NCBI RefSeq assembly: GCF_009914755.1
Contig: NC_060926.1
DNA length: 64,000 nucleotides
Strand: one strand, 5' to 3'
Source: the human T2T-CHM13v2.0 reference genome, Homo sapiens
Position numbers and translations under genes: made by a program. Positions 35,174-50,419 of the stretch are shown here, one piece after another. Position 1 is the stretch's first letter. Each line of letters begins with the position of its first letter. Below the pieces are notes generated by a model. It was not told the DNA's origin. It saw only the letters and a list, made by a program, of their open reading frames with translations, and made no database searches.

Positions 35174-35313
35174 AAGAAAGAAAGAGAGCAAGAGAGAGAA
35201 AGAAGGAAAGAAAAAGAGAGAAAGAGAGAAAGGGAGGAAGGGGGAAAGGAGGAAGGGAGGGAGGGAGGGAGGAAGAAAGAGAGAAGGAGAGAAAGAGAAG
35301 GAAGGAAGGAAGG
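35173..35313 (+). repeat. GA-rich polypurine tract derived from the Alu tail
   Basis: ~140 nt of almost pure A/G (GAAA, GGAA, GGGA units). Confidence 0.9.
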
Positions 35314-35629
35314 GCGGGGCTTTAACTGTTTATTTGGGTTGAGAGATCCTAGATTGGTACCTTAATAATCATCTTAAGTTAATTTACATGTTGTGGAATC
35401 CCAAGTGACTAGAAGGCATATAGTAGGTATTCAATAAATGTTCATTTACTGGGAATTAAAGAAGACAGCCCATCCAAATATAGTGATTAATAATGTAGGC
35501 TTGGAATTCTTGGAAAATCTGTCAAATAAGGGAGTGGACATAGGATGAAATGGAAAATATGTTAACATTCCTTCTCTCCAAACATTTATTAATATATTAG
35601 ATTCACAGAAATCTAATGAAAATAATACA

Positions 35630-35790
35630 GATGACAGGAGTCAGGTAAACCTGATTTCAAGTCCTGTCTCTTCTACTTACAAGCTCTGTGATCACTGGGA
35701 AATTTCTTAAATTCTCAGTCATACAATTATAGGGTTGCTTGAAGATTAAATAATTTTCAGTGAATATTAGCTTTTACCATTGCCATCATC
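35630..35790 (+). mobile_element. MIR
   Basis: 'ggagtcagg...tcaagtcctgtctcttctacttacaagctctgtga'. Confidence 0.6.
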
Positions 35791-36599
35791 ATCATGACTG
35801 TTCATCGTGATAATTGTTAAAGTTCTAAAATGTCTTTATAACAGGCTTATCACATGCTTTGTGTAATATTCTTCCTTTCTATGCCTGACTTTGGTATGTA
35901 TCTCAGTGACAAAAGGAATTTTTTGTTTATTCCCTGGCAGTAACTGGGCCATGTTTAGGACTAAAGAGCTGAGAAGTTTGGTAGTGAGATCAGGTCCATT
36001 ATAGATTTACTTTCATATTATGAAGTTATGAGATTTCAGAAGGATTGTGAAATTGCTATATTCTTAATGCATGGGAAAGAGCACAGATGTACATGTTATG
36101 ACCAAAGCATTTGAAATACATTAACTCAAGAGAATACACTAATTTATATACTCTAAATTAGGGCAACTGTCATAAATTATGAACTATATCAAAAGGATGA
36201 GTTTATGTAATTAAACCGAAACGAGACAAACAAAACAAAGGAAGTGCTATATTCTCACCTGGAAGATAGACGAGAATGGGGTAGATCTCCCTCTTCAGTT
36301 TTCAGGAGGACATTAATTTCTTTCTGCCAATATCAACTCCTGTATAGTGAGATTTGAGAATAATTTTTTTTTCTCTGTCTAGGTGTATTAACTCTTTTTA
36401 CCTGCTCTGGAAAATCTAGGCCAGTTTTCTGAGATGTGTACAGGACCCCTACTTGCATAAGTAGATTTAACGAGGGAAAAGTTTTATTTCATTCATCTCT
36501 GTATCTACCACAATTTTTTTTTCAAACCATACTACCTTTGGGGTAGTAGCTTCTCAATAAATATTTATTGAAGGAGTGAGTGAATGAATGGTATAGTTA

Positions 36600-36985
<386 letters not shown>

Positions 36986-37151
36986 CTATACAGAAGAAAA
37001 TTTGAAAAGTAGACCCTAGAGGCAGTAAAACAGCATGTGAAGGATCCATATGCTGTTACAGTAGGAGCTCTTCTGATCAACTTTATTGAACTTGCATAAG
37101 CCAATCTCATGAGATTTGTCTGTATTACCATCTGTGGGATTAAATATTCTT

Positions 37152-37452
37152 AGGCTGGGCATAGTCTCTCACACCTGTAATCCCAGCACTTTGGGAGGCC
37201 AAGGCGGGTGGATCACTTGAGGTCAGGAGTTGGAGACCATTCTGGCCAACATGGTGAAACAGCGTCTCTACTAAAAATACAAAAATTAGCCAGGTATGGT
37301 GGTGCATGACTGTAATCCCAGCTACTCAGGAGGCTGAGGCTGAAAAATCACTTAAACCTGGGAGGCAGAGGTTGCAGTGAGCCAAGATCGTGCTACTGCA
37401 CTCCAGCCTGAGCGACAGAGCAAGACTCTGTCTCAAAAAGAAAAAAAAAAAA
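37152..37452 (+). mobile_element. AluS-type SINE
   Basis: TSD aaatattctta / aaatgttctta. Confidence 0.93.
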
Positions 37453-37702
37453 AAGAGAGAAAAGAAAGGAAGAAAGAAATGTTCTTAGACATTTTCTTTA
37501 AACCAAAATTTGATATAAGTAGACGTTGCATTTTTCAAGTATTAGCAGTTTGCTTTACTTGACATAATCTAATGAGAGATTTTTAACCTTTTAAATAGAT
37601 GATTCAGTATTCATTCATTCAGCACTTAAGTATTCATTGAGCGTGTATTATGTGCTAGATACTGTTCTAGGCATTGGAAATGGTGGTGTATAAAACATAT
37701 GA

Positions 37703-37930
37703 TTCAAGACCAGCCTGGGCAACACAAAGGAGACTCAGTCTACAAAAAAATAAAAAAAATTAACTGGACGTGGTGGCATATGCTTGTGGTCCTGACTGTT
37801 CAGGAGGCTGAGGTGGGAGGATTGCTTGAGCCCAGAAGGTCAAGGCTGCAGTGAGCTGTGATCGTGACACTGCACTCCAGCCTGGATGACTAAGTGAAAC
37901 CCTGTCTCAAACAAAACAAAACAAAAAAAA
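37703..37930 (+). mobile_element. 5'-truncated AluJ inside an antisense L2 3' fragment (~37600-38095)
   Basis: Starts at 'ttcaagaccagcctgggcaac'; L2 'cattcattcagc...ttgagcgtgtattatgtgctag' upstream. Confidence 0.85.
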
Positions 37931-38719
37931 CCAGATAACAAGTTAACAAATCTCATCGCTGTGTAGTTTACACTCATATGTGTGTGTGTGAGAGAGAGGA
38001 TAAAAATTACTGTATGAAAGATTTAGTATGTTAGATAAAATAAATACATAATGTATGCTAAATATATATAGTAGGTTACATAAATGCTCTATGGAGAAAA
38101 AAGGAAGAGGGATAAGGATCCCCCGTCTTTATGATTACATAGTTATAATGAGCCACCTTATTATTTCTAAAGTCTCCAAAAGAGAATTGGGGTATGCTTG
38201 TCAAATTTATTTAAAATATATTTTAATAAGAGAGTTGATGAAATGAATATTGTAAGGTATGGGAAAGTTTTAAAATAACCTTGGCATTCTATATATAAAC
38301 CTCTCCTAGGTTATAGCTCCCCTCAGTGGTGAATGATGAAATTGACTTTTGCTGATCATTATGTAGCAATAACATGTTACAATGTTATACTTTCCCTTAC
38401 ATTTTAATGTGCTTTCACATTTCATGCAAAAGAATTAGTGAATTTCAAAGAGCTAAAGTTCTTCTCTTTGTCTTGTAAAACCTCGGTTTTGTTAGAAATT
38501 CTGTTGGTATATTGTCCTGACACTGAAAAGGTATGCTCTTTGAATGGAATTGTAATACCTTTCTTTTCTTTGCACATTGTGTTACAACCCCACAGTTAAT
38601 AAAGAAATGTTGAGACTTTAACCGTAATGTCCAGTAGTAGCATTAGTAACAAAGAGTGAAGTTATATTTAATATAAAATATCCCAATAAAACAGAAGTCT
38701 CCAAATATATATCACTGTA

Positions 38720-38960
38720 ACAAATTTATTGGACCCTTACTATGTACCAGGTACTATGTATAATAGAATGCTTTATACACATTATCTCATTTGCTCATTA
38801 TAATAACTCTGGTGTGAGTCAGATATAACCCTATTTTACAGGTAAAGAAAGTGAGGTTTAGAGAGGTTAAGTAACTTGCCCACAGTTATATAGCTAACAG
38901 GTTGGGATTTTATCCAGTCTTGTCTTTCTCCAGGGCCTTTGCCCTTAACCCCTACTGCAA
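38720..38960 (-). mobile_element. MIR (near full length)
   Basis: 'ctattttacaggtaaagaaagtgaggtttagagaggttaagtaacttgccca'. Confidence 0.8.
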
Positions 38961-39319
38961 TAACTAGCTACCTTAATAAGAAAGATGAAAAGAGATCATT
39001 TGAAATTGTAGAATCATAGGGAAGCTTTTAATCAGTCTTCTGTAGTGGTAAGTCTGTGAAGAATATATGTATCAGATTAGTGAAGGTAGTCTTTAATTAT
39101 TGTTTATATACAGTTTAGAAGTTATTTGGGTTAATTATTTCACTACTGTTAGACATTATAAAATGGAATTCTAGAATTTATCAGTCACTAGAATTCTTAA
39201 TATTTTTTCTCAAGGCAACCTTACTGCTTCTTTGTGCAAATTGACATAATGCTATTTTCATTTTATTGGTTCTCTTGTTTCTGATTTCTCCGTTTTGTCT
39301 GAGCTTTCTTCTTTGGACC

Positions 39320-39490
39320 AGAAACTTTAGAGTTGAAATTTTAGAGGTGGTTCTGCCACTTACTGGCTATGCAACCTTAGATAAGTCATTTAATATTTCA
39401 CAGCTTCCATGTAGTCATGTATAAAATGATGGTATTAATATCTACTCCACAGGTTATTGAAGATTGGAAATAATGTATGTAAAGCATCTA
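39320..39490 (+). mobile_element. MIR
   Basis: 'ttctgccacttactggctatgcaaccttagataagtcattt'. Confidence 0.7.
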
Positions 39491-40018
39491 GCTTGGTAAG
39501 GAGTAGCTATTTTTATAATGTTCCTTTCTAGAGGACACAGAAGAATATAAAGGAAAGAAAACTAGATTTCTAAATTTTATTGTTGCAGGATTTTAGTTTT
39601 TCCATTCCTTTCTACCACTTACACCTCTCAATGATTTCTAGACTTTACTGTTATCTCAAAGCAATGACAAGGCAACTTGTAACATCTCACTTGGACTAAA
39701 CTTAAAATATTTTTCTTTTTATCTTTTGATTTAGGATATCTTCCCCTTATAAATTTAATCTAGGATTAACAACAAGTATTTCTTTTGGATCATTTACAAT
39801 CCATTTACTTATTAGTGTAGATAAGAATGGATACTATAAAACACTATGTTTCATTTTTATCTACTGTAATAGAATAACATCTGTTCATCCAGACAGTTGA
39901 CATTGTAGGGTTTTTTAAAAATATGAAGCCACAACAGTTATATTTAGGAAACAAAATTTTTTTTCTCTTCCTGGTGTTTTAGATTACCCAATTAAATCCA
40001 GAACCATTACATTTGTAA

Positions 40019-40335
<317 letters not shown>

Positions 40336-40538
40336 GTGTTGGTTTTTAAAATCTAAAAAAATTTATTTTTCTGATTCCACTGTTTTATTTTAATACATTA
40401 AAAGCATATTGATGAAAGGCACCAATCAGATTGAATCCATTCATTAATTTATTCAACCATTCTGCAATATTTTAATATGGATTTTCTATATGCCCAGACA
40501 TTTGGTGGTTATTGAAGATACAAAGTCAGTTAAGACAT

Positions 40539-40745
40539 GCAGAATTTTGATTCTGAGATTCATGGTTTTTTCTCCCACATTTTTTTCTGTGAAATTGGGA
40601 TCATCTTATATCTAGGATGTCCCACAGTTATAACTGGTAGTTTTTTGTTTGTTTGTTTGTTTTGCTTTCTTACTGCTATATAAAATAATGACTGCTATAT
40701 AAAATAATCTTTAAACCAATGATAACTTATATTTGATGACATAAG
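40539..40745. mobile_element. MER104-like (TcMar-Tc2) MITE inside an antisense L2, with an internal 19-bp duplication (40672-40708)
   Basis: 'gattctgagatt...gaaattgggatcatctta...ttataactggtag...taaaataatg...atttgatga'. Confidence 0.6.
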
Positions 40746-41321
40746 ATAACCTGTCCTCAAGAAGCTTATAAAGTAGTGAAGTGTCAGAGAGGTAAAGAAC
40801 TGCAAGGAAAAACATAAAAATGTTCGTAGGGTACTACAGGACAGTAATGGAGGGCAGAGTTGGAATAATTCCTGGAGGAAGTGGCTACAGAGTTTAGTCT
40901 TGAAGGAAAAAGGAAGTTAGGCAAAAAAGGCATTCTAAGTAGCGGAAAGAAATAGCAAAAGTAACTGAAAGAGGAAAAACAAAACCAACAGAAAACATGA
41001 GCTCCCCCATTAAAGATTAATAGACATCTGCTTTTTGTTTTGTAACTGTTAACCCAATGAATGTAATAATAGGCATAAGATTAACTTGGTTCTTCGTCCT
41101 CCGTGAAGATCAGTGGGGTATCAAAATGTGTTTTCTTGGTGCTACCTATTCACTATGCAGTCTTTCCCACTATTTCTGACTGTGACCCATGAGATAGGAA
41201 GTTCGGCTCCTCCAGGGCTCCACTAGTCCCTTTTTTATTGCTGTTTGTTTGATGTTACCTCCGGAAGACTTTTAAGTGAATGGCGATGGGCTAAATTAAT
41301 TATGTTAATTCCAAGGCAGAT

Positions 41322-41622
41322 GGCTGGACCTGGTAGCACACGCCTGAATCTTAACACTTTGGGAGCCCGAGGTGGAAGTATTGCTTGAGCTCAGGAGTTC
41401 AAGACCACCATGGGCAATATAATATAGTGAGACCTTTTCTCTACAAAATGTCAAAAAATAGCTGGGCTATGGTGATGCATGCTTGTAGACCCAACTACTT
41501 GGGAGGCTGAGGCAAGAGGATTGGTTGAGCCTGGGAGGTTGAGACTGTAATGAGCTCTCATTGCGCCACTGTACTCCAGCCTGGGCGACAGAGTGAGACC
41601 CTGTCAAAAAAAAAAAAAAAAA
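41322..41622 (+). mobile_element. AluJ-type SINE
   Basis: TSD TCCAAGGCAG. Confidence 0.92.
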
Positions 41623-44326
41623 ATCCAAGGCAGTAGTGTAAATGCTTCTCTGCTTTGTTTCTTTTGTTGGATTATGTTGAACAGGATTACTTGCCCAACC
41701 AAACTCACCTGACAAGATTATACCAAGAACAGAGATGATATAATAGCTCAAATAATACAATGTAAACAATATAAAATCACAATGTTTCTGACCTTATTAA
41801 ATTTAAGTTTAAATCCTTCTCCAAAATGAAGTCAATCTCTTGATCTCGCAAAATAACAATTCTGATAAATTACTTCTACTTTTTCTTTCAGAGAAAAAAA
41901 GTATATAAATGCTGCTTCTCTCCTTTAGTTGTTTTTTTTTCTGTGTCACCTCAATCAAGGCATCTCACTTCAATGTCTGGGGAAAGACTGGATATCTTTT
42001 TCAGAAACTGTAGCTTGCACTTTCTCCTGTAGCTCCAAACTGGGATTATCTTTTCAGCCCCAAGCATTTCAAGAATACATTTCCAAAGGTCTAAAGAGTG
42101 TCTAGTGCATATGAGAATACCACATCGCAAACATTAGCAGTACCCCTCTTCCACCATGGAGTCAGTTTATAATCTAACTATCAGTAGAGATGGCTCAGCC
42201 TTTTTAGGGTACGGCAGCATTTACCTTAGTATAGTCCTGTTTATAGCATTCCATTTAATGTTCCACCCCCTCTGGAAATGTGGCCCAGTTAACTTACTTG
42301 AACCTAATCAAATTTCCACTAGGCAGCATACTCCACTTTTTGTTCTTCTATTAATCCAATAATTAAGAATGGTTTAGTCAGTAATGCCCATTTATCTGTA
42401 TTTGTTAGTATTATATACTATTTATATATACAGTAAACTTTTATTTTTCCTGTAGTTCATTCAACTTTGTGTGGAGGGAAACCAGTCCTTTCCTTACCCT
42501 ATTGACTGCAGTTTCGTCAAGGAAGAAAGTGAATTCTCTCACTCTTGCTGAATGGCAAGAAAATTCATGTGCTTATGGCTACTTGCTCAGAGAGTATTGT
42601 TCTACACAGCACTAACCAGAATACATTTGAATGATAAATCAAAGATCCCTGTATTGTTAGATCTCTTTTAGGCCATTCTTTTGGTATAAACTTCTCAACC
42701 ATGTTCTTTTCTTACAGTCCCAGAGTCTTAAACCCTTTTGGATTTCTAAATATTTCGGAAATTTGAAAGCAATGTATAGAGGACCCCTGCTCATCTTGTC
42801 TTTCATACAAATGTAGCAATTTGGATAAATCTAATCAAGATCCAGTGTTTTATTTTTAGTTTCAACTTAACTTTTTTGGTTATTTTTCAAATATGCACAA
42901 AAATAGAAGAAATAATATACTAAACCTCTAAGTACACGTCTCCCGGCTCAATAATCTTCAGTATTTTTTTCAAACTTATTTCATCAATTCTTCTACTTTT
43001 CTGTTGTTTGCTTTACCAGATTTAAAGTACATTTCAGATATTATATCATTTCTTCTATAAATAATGAAGTCCACTTGAACATCATCAGCTTAAGAACGTG
43101 GTTAAGAGTTACTGGCATGTCAGAAAAGGTGACCTACCAGCAAATAATTTTTTTTTAACTTAACTGCCTTTTAGATGATCTCTCTGACCTGTTAGGCTGC
43201 ACATTCAATATTATCTTGATTCTTAAAAAGTGATATTATTCTTGTTTCTACAAAGAAAAAAAAATTGACTATATAAGAAGCAACAAAGCTTCTCTTATAA
43301 CCCCCTCAGAATTAAACTCCTGAATTAACAGGAGGAAGCTCATGGTTCAGACAGGCTTTTTTAGTCTTTTAATTATCCTGTCAACTTTCTGTTGTATATG
43401 ATTATGGGAATGATGACTGGCTGTCTGTAAATTAGGCGGGGTATAATAGATATGACTAGGAGCTAAATGAAAAATTTTTAGCTAACTAAATCTTACTTTG
43501 GTTGCATTTCAGAGAAATTTCATATATATATATCTCTCCTCCTTAGTTTCCCTTAATGTTAAGTATTTAATGTGCTGTTCTAATTCAGAAATTTTTCAGA
43601 TTGTGCTTCTAGAGGAAAAATCCCATCTCCTTTATTCTCAAATGATCCTTTAACTTTAAATAAAATAATGGAGAAACTTTTGTTGCACTTAAAAAAAGAG
43701 GTATGCCTAAGAATGATCATGCATGCTTTGAGCCTGTCAACTATACTGTATTTATCTTTGTGTAATGCAAGAAACTCTATGTTAAAATAGTGAATAAAAA
43801 TTACATGCCAGATAATTTATTTCACATAGCAGTTTAATTTGTGAAATGTCCTAGCTAACACATTTTAAGGGAAAGTTCCATTTTTTAGCAACAGAGTACT
43901 GTTTTCATACTATTACAGTGTTCTTGTTTTCTGGTTCTGTTTTTCTGAGTTTTGTCCCTGTTCAGTATTTGGAGATTCGTCTTTATTGACATTGATCATA
44001 CATTACAGATCAAGTACTGCAATAGTATAAAAATTCACATGATTACTTATTACTCATAATTGCTTATTTATCCAACCAGTATTTAATAAATAGATATCAT
44101 GTGACAGATACTTGCTACATACTGAGAGTGTAATGGTGAAAAAGGTGTGGTCTCTGACTTCCAGTATCCTACAGTCTGGAGTGGGGAAACAGGCAACCAC
44201 TATGAAGATTAAGTTTAGGATGTTTTATGTTCCCATATAAAGAGTACTTAATGCAGTCTTGGTGGGTTAGGGGAGGCTTTCTATTGAAAGTGATATATAA
44301 ATTGAAACCCTAAAAAGTAAAGTTTT

Positions 44327-44635
44327 TACAATCCTTTTTCTGTAACTTCAAAATCCAAAATCTCTACCTAAGATGTTTATAATTTTTTATTTTTTTGGAA
44401 ATTTGATTCAAATTCATTTGGTGGCAAAACCTGACCTTACCCAAAATGAAGCTATTCGTGGTATTTATTCCACTTAGTGTAAATGTTTATTCATTTTGCT
44501 GCAAAAATAATATGTTTGATTATTTAGTCAGACTGCCTCAGACTTCACTGGGAGTGTGCTGTAGTATATATATGGTAAAGGCATTGTATTTCCTTCCTAA
44601 AATCCAAATGAGAGATTTCAGATAGGAGATTAAGT
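44327..44635. mobile_element. MER46C (TcMar-Tigger) inside an antisense L2 (~44070-44740)
   Basis: 'cattttggtggcaaaacctgacc'-like motif, 'ccacttagtgt', 'ttgctgcaaaaataatatgtttgatt', 'cagacttcactggg'. Confidence 0.7.
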
Positions 44636-45507
44636 ACTTTTGATAGTTGTCTGCATTGGATTTGTAGGGTGATTCAGGTGGCTGGAGCAGCTTGAGCAGA
44701 GGTCTGGAGGCAAGAGAGGCTTCTTTGTGCAACAGCATGTCGTTCACTAGATTACTTTCTTTTATATTTCACTTTTTAAAGAGTGGTTGATTTTTCTAGG
44801 GTTATAATAACTTAACCATATGTTAAGTTACTTTTCTTTCTAAAATTACTTAGGCCAGTGTGATGTTAACTTTAAGATCTTGCTTCACCTGCCTCTTAAA
44901 ATAAAAATAAGCTATATCAGCTGATCAGTTAATAACTTCATAAATCATAAATGATACTTGATATGTTTTGTTAGAGAAAACAAAGCATTTTCAAATAAAA
45001 TGGGATATTTCATCTTTATGAAGCATTTCTAAAGTGGATGTTATTATAATTTTACTCAGTGAGATTAAGTGACACGCCCAAGAACACACAGAAAGCAGCT
45101 TAGCCTGGCCTCAAACCCATGTCTTCAAACTCTGAAACCCATGCATTTTACCATTTACTCACTCACTCAATCATCAAACATTTATTGTCCTAGGCACTAG
45201 ATTTAGAGCCTAGTGCTATATTAACTACTATGGAGGATACAAGAGAACACCTCCACTCAGATATTAATTTTGGTTTGAGGGATACGCGTGTGAGACAAGA
45301 GTAAGGTGATATGTACTATGGTAAATGTATAATGATAGCTGAAAAGTACAATAGAGATTAGAGATAGACCAGTTAATATGGACTGAAATTATCAACAATG
45401 TTTTAAGTGTAGCTTTTCAGACATGGCTATGTGTATTCCTAGAGGTATCTGACAGTTTCTATCTTTCTGTATTGTAAGTTTTTTTCTCGGATAAAACTAG
45501 TAGTAGT

Positions 45508-45859
45508 TGTATTGGTTTGTTCTCACACTGCTAATAAAGACATACCTGAGACTGGGTAATTTATAATATAAAGAAAAGAGGTTTAATTGACCCACAGTTC
45601 CGTATGGCTGGGGAGGCCTCAGGAAACTTACAGTCATAGTGGAAGGCACCTCTTCACAGGGTAGCAGGAGACAGAATGAATGCCAAGCAAAGGGGGTAAG
45701 CCCCTTGTAAAACCATCAGATCTCCTGAGAACTCATAAGAACAGTATGGGGGAAACTGCCCCCATAATTCAGTTATCTCCACCTGGTCCTACCCTTGACG
45801 TGTGGAGATTATTACAATTCAAGATAAGATTTGGGTGGGGACACAGCCAAACCATATCA
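45508..45859 (-). mobile_element. THE1 (THE1B/C-like) LTR, the 3' LTR
   Basis: TGTATT...cacactgctaataaagacatacctgagactggg...acacagccaaaccatatCA; polypurine tract adjacent on the internal side. Confidence 0.92.
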
Positions 45860-47097
45860 TTCAGTCCCTGGCCCCTCCCATATCTCATGTCTTCACGTTT
45901 CAAAACAAAATCATGCCTTCCCAACAGTCCCCCAAAGTCTTAACTCATTCCAGCATTAACCAAAAGTCTAAGTCCAAAGTTTTATCCGAGACAAGGCAAG
46001 TCCCTTCCACCTATGAGCCTGTAAAATTAAAAGCAAGTTAGTTACTTCTCAGATACAATGGGGGTGTGGGCGTTGGGTAAATACACCCATTCCTAATGGG
46101 AGAAATTGACCAAAACAAAGGGGATACAGGCCATATGCAAGTCCAAAATCCAACAGGGCAGTCATTAAACCTTAAAGTTCCAAAATGATCTCCTTTGATG
46201 CCATATCTCACAGCTAGGTCACGCTGATGCAAGAGGTGGCACTCACAGACTTGGGCAGCTCCACCTCTGTGGCTCTGCAGGGTACAGCCCCCCTCCTGGC
46301 TGCTTTCACGGGCTGTCATTTAGTGTCTGTGGCTTTTCCAGGTGCACAGTGCAACCTCTCAGTGGATCTACCATTCTGGAGTCTGAAAGATGGTGGACCT
46401 CTTCTCACAGCTCCACTAGGCAGTGCCCCAGTGGGGACTCTGTGTAGGGGCTCCAACCTGACACTTCCCTTCCACACAGCCCTAGCAGAGTTTCCCCATG
46501 AGGGCTCTGCCCCTGCAGCAAACTTCTATCTGGACATCCAGGCCTTTGTATACATCCTCTGAAATCTAGGTGGAGGTTTCTAATCCTGAGTTCTTGACTT
46601 CTGTGCATTCACAGGCCCAACACCACGTAGAAGCTGCCAAGGCTTGGGGCTTGCACCCTCTGAAGCAATGGCTTAAGCTGTATGTTGGCCCCTTTTAGCC
46701 CTTGCTCAAGTGGCTGGGACACAGGGCACCAAGTCCCAAGGCTGCACACAGCAGGGGAGCCCTGGACCTGGCTCAGGAAACCATTTTTCCCTTCCAGGCC
46801 TCCTGGCCTGTGATGGGAGGGGCTGCTGTGAAGGTCTCTGACATGAACTGGGGACATTTTCCCCATTGTCTTGGTGACTAACATTAGTCTCCTCATTACT
46901 TATGCAAATTTCTGCAGTTGGCTTGAATTTCTGCCCAGAAAATGGGGTTTTCTTTTTTATCACATTGTCAGGCTGTAAATTTTCCAAATGTTTTGCTCTG
47001 CTTCCTCCTGAATGCTTTGCTGCTTAGAAATTTCCTCTGCTGGATACCCTAAATCATCTCTTTCAAGTTCAAAGTTCCACAGATCTCTGGGGCAGGA
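45860..47097 (-). mobile_element. THE1 internal region, truncated (no second LTR)
   Basis: Continuous MaLR-int motifs up to 'agatctctggggcagg', then abrupt change to unrelated AT-rich sequence. Confidence 0.9.
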
Positions 47098-47429
47098 TGA
47101 ATTTAGAAATAAATCAGCCTTAATAACTTTGAAGAATTTCCCCTTTACCCTTAAAATTAGGAAAAATTTAGAAAAGTGGTCAAATGACATGAAATGGATA
47201 TAAAACTACTAATTAAATCACTAAAAATCATGATGTATTTACTTTATATTAAATCTTTTCAGCCAAAGCAATTAACAATATATGTTTCCTACCTCTTTTG
47301 ATATTTTCCAAAATCACATTTTTTCTTTTCAAACTGAAGAAGAGAAAGATTGAATTTTTTTATAAAGGAGACCATTGTTCTACTTAATTTGGGTCACAGA
47401 ATGATTGTTTTTTGGATTTCATTATCCTG

Positions 47430-48700
47430 GGTACTGTGATATTGGTTATACATTTACTTCCTAACATTGGGGATATGAATAAGACAAAGTTTCACCTGCA
47501 TGTAGTTCTCAATCTAGTCAGAGAGGCAGATCTGTAAGCAAATCATCGAAATATAGTGAGGATGCTAAAGAGGCAGGTGGCAGGCCCCTTGAAGACGTCC
47601 AGGAGTACTCATATCTATCAGGGGCATGGGAAAGGCTTTATGGAGCAGTTGCCACATGAACTTGAAAGACTTTTAAAAGTTCACTCACCAGATAATTGTG
47701 TGAAGAGAATGGGGTCTGAGGTAAGCACAGAGGGAATAGCCTTGGTAAAGGCACAGAGATAAAATTGTTACAGCTTTATACCCAAAGTGAGGAGAGTACT
47801 AGGGGTTGAAGCTATCAACATGAGCCCTTACTCATCTTGGGTAAGACTATGGATGGCCTTGTGTGCCATACCGAGGAATTTGAACTTTATCCTAGCAGCC
47901 TGTGGATCCCAAACTTGGCTGCCTATGAGAATCACTTCTGGACTATGAAAACATATAGATTTGCCCACTGGACCCTCTATGATTCTGATTCATCATTCCA
48001 GTAAGCTATCAGGAAGCATGGAAAAGTTTTAAGCAGAGTGATAATATGGTCAGATTTGTATTTTTAAATAATCAGTTTTTACCTTTCAAACTTTTTTTTA
48101 CTGTAGCTGTAAGAAATACATTTTATATTATGATCTAGTATACACATATATGTACCTGTGAACAACTGAAACAAGTCTTACTCTTACAAGTATTGTGGGA
48201 TGTACTGTGGTATTTTCTGTTCTATCCTGATGTTTTAGAATGCTGTTTGCAAACCGCTTAATTGACTTTGCAACCCATTAAAATGAATTCACCATCCACT
48301 AATGGATCATAACCCACAGTTTAAAAAAGATATTTCTATAGAGAATGAATTGAAATGTGCAAAACTGAAGGACTTGAGATCAGATAGGCAACTGATTCAG
48401 TTATCCAAGTAACAGATGTCATGGGCGTGAACTGGGACAGTGGCCTTAGCAGGTGCAGACAGAGAAGAGGCGAAAAAGATTCAGAAGTGTGTAGAAGGTA
48501 GTGGAATCACTTCTTAGTGACTCATTTCAAGGGCTAAGGGAGGTCAGAGAGTGTAGGGTGACTTCCAGATTTCTAGTTTGAATGTTTAGATAATTTGCTC
48601 TTAGTCAGTATAGAGAACACAAAGGAAGAATTGGTAGGAGTGGGTTGTGGCGGGGGAAAGATATCCAGAAGGCAGTTGGATATATCAGTGATTTTTTTCC
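47430..48700 (-). mobile_element. Degraded L2 with MER5-like (~47895-48000) and hAT-Charlie (Charlie4a/MER119-like, ~48075-48328) insertions
   Basis: 'gaatttgaactttatcct', 'ttttaagcagagtgataatatggtcagatttg'; 'gtaagaaatacattttat...ccactaatggatcataacccacagttt'. Confidence 0.6.
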
Positions 48701-49029
48701 AAGTGAGATTCCTTTAAATTTTATTTTCTTTTTCTTATTAAAATATATATTTTAAGGCCCTGTATTCTCCTTCACCTTTCTTATACAACCTACTTTTTCT
48801 TACATTGGTTTCTAGTGTTTTTATGTGGATTGCCCTAAAATATTTTTAAACTTTCTGCTTATGCTGTAAACTACTGTAATACCATTCCAGTCTTTTCCAG
48901 GACATATATAACTCCTTGCCCAAATGAAACTTACGAAACTTTTTTTTTTCTTTCTGAACCACATCATCCTTTCCTCATCCATCAGAGGTAGTGATCTCAT
49001 TTTTCTGACCTTTCTGCGTGTTGTTCCAT

Positions 49030-49618
49030 TTTGTATTTCCAGCTTTGTGGGCATTAGTTGTCTACTGCATTCCCGTATGTAACCAACTAAACATTGTTAT
49101 AAGCAGTGCAGCAATGCTTGCTGGAACTTGATAATTTTCTGCCACTTGTGATTCAGTTAAATAGATCAGATTATAGTCATATTAGGGTTTGGCTGGGCAG
49201 TTCTGGCTTTGAAATCTCTCATGCAGTTGTAGTCTGAGGTGGTTGGGGTAGAACATGAGGGGAGGAAGGACTGGAGCCCATGAGATGGACCCTGGCATTT
49301 CATGTGGTATCAAGGCCTCTCCATTTCCTCTCTTTCAGTGGGTTAGTGTGGATTTTTTTCAAGGCAGTTGGATTACTTTCATGGCAGCTAAAGACTTCAA
49401 GAATGACTATTCTAGCTCTCCCAGTGTAAGTTGCATCACCTTCTTGACCTAGCCTTGCCACATAGTGTTACTTCATCATTTTATGTTAGCTGTAAGCCAA
49501 TCACAAACCTGCCGTGGTTCAAAGGGGAGGGGAATTAGACTCTACCTCTTGATTGGGAAGTGGTAAGGCTCTAGAAGAAAATGTGGGATGAGAAATATTT
49601 TTGTAGGCAATCTGCAAT
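49030..49618 (-). mobile_element. MLT1G/H-like MaLR solo LTR
   Basis: 'ggctgggcagttctgg...ttcaaaggggaggggaattagactctacctcttgat...ctagaagaaaatgtgggatgag'. Confidence 0.7.
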
Positions 49619-50419
49619 AGCTATGTAGAAAATATATCAATGTCATCATACAGATTTTTAGTTTTGCCTGGAGTTTGCTACTGTGTTCGTACTGCACCTT
49701 GAATCTTAAAGATTAAGTTAGCTTTTATGATTTAATTTTTCACATCTTGTTTAATTTCTGAACTTGGATAATTTGCTTTCTCCGCAGCAGAATTAAGTAT
49801 ATAGTTATGAAGATGCTTTAAGCCTATGTGTTAGGTTTCACTGGTACAGGACAGTTGCAGGCAGCAGCAGTTTGGCCAGCTCTGCAGAGTGGGCAATTTT
49901 GAATTGCATGTTATCTTGTGTGTTTTCTAAGAGCAGTTCTTGATTCCTGTCTTCAAAACTCTAAGGGACCCCTGTAGCCTGTTGAGTAGACTGCTGAAAG
50001 TTTTAAATAACTGAAAATACGTTCTCACTTTAACTGCTATGTTCCTTGTTAGACCGCAGGCATGGCTGTATGACATAAACCAAATATTACTGGCTGTATT
50101 TCATAGCCTTGCAAGTTTTCATTAGCAATAGGAAATGAATCTGACAAGACGCTGTCTTTCTTTAAGTATGTGCACTATTATTGCTTATTTTCAGAAATAA
50201 GCTCCTATCAGTATAGTCATGATTTTTGACTGATAAAGTTTAGTTCCCAGTTCTGCTGCCGTGCTTGAATTATACTTAATAAATATCATTTGATAATCTG
50301 CTGACATAAATACTAATTTTAACAATGGTTCTAAAGTTATATTTTATAAATATACTATGCAGGAAAAGAAATCCCTGAGGATAGAAAATACAAAACAACA
50401 ATTAATATGGATACTCCTG

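Noticed and set aside
45680-47097. Coding retroviral ORF in THE1-int
   Set aside because: Only short broken frames; the element lacks its 5' part and 5' LTR
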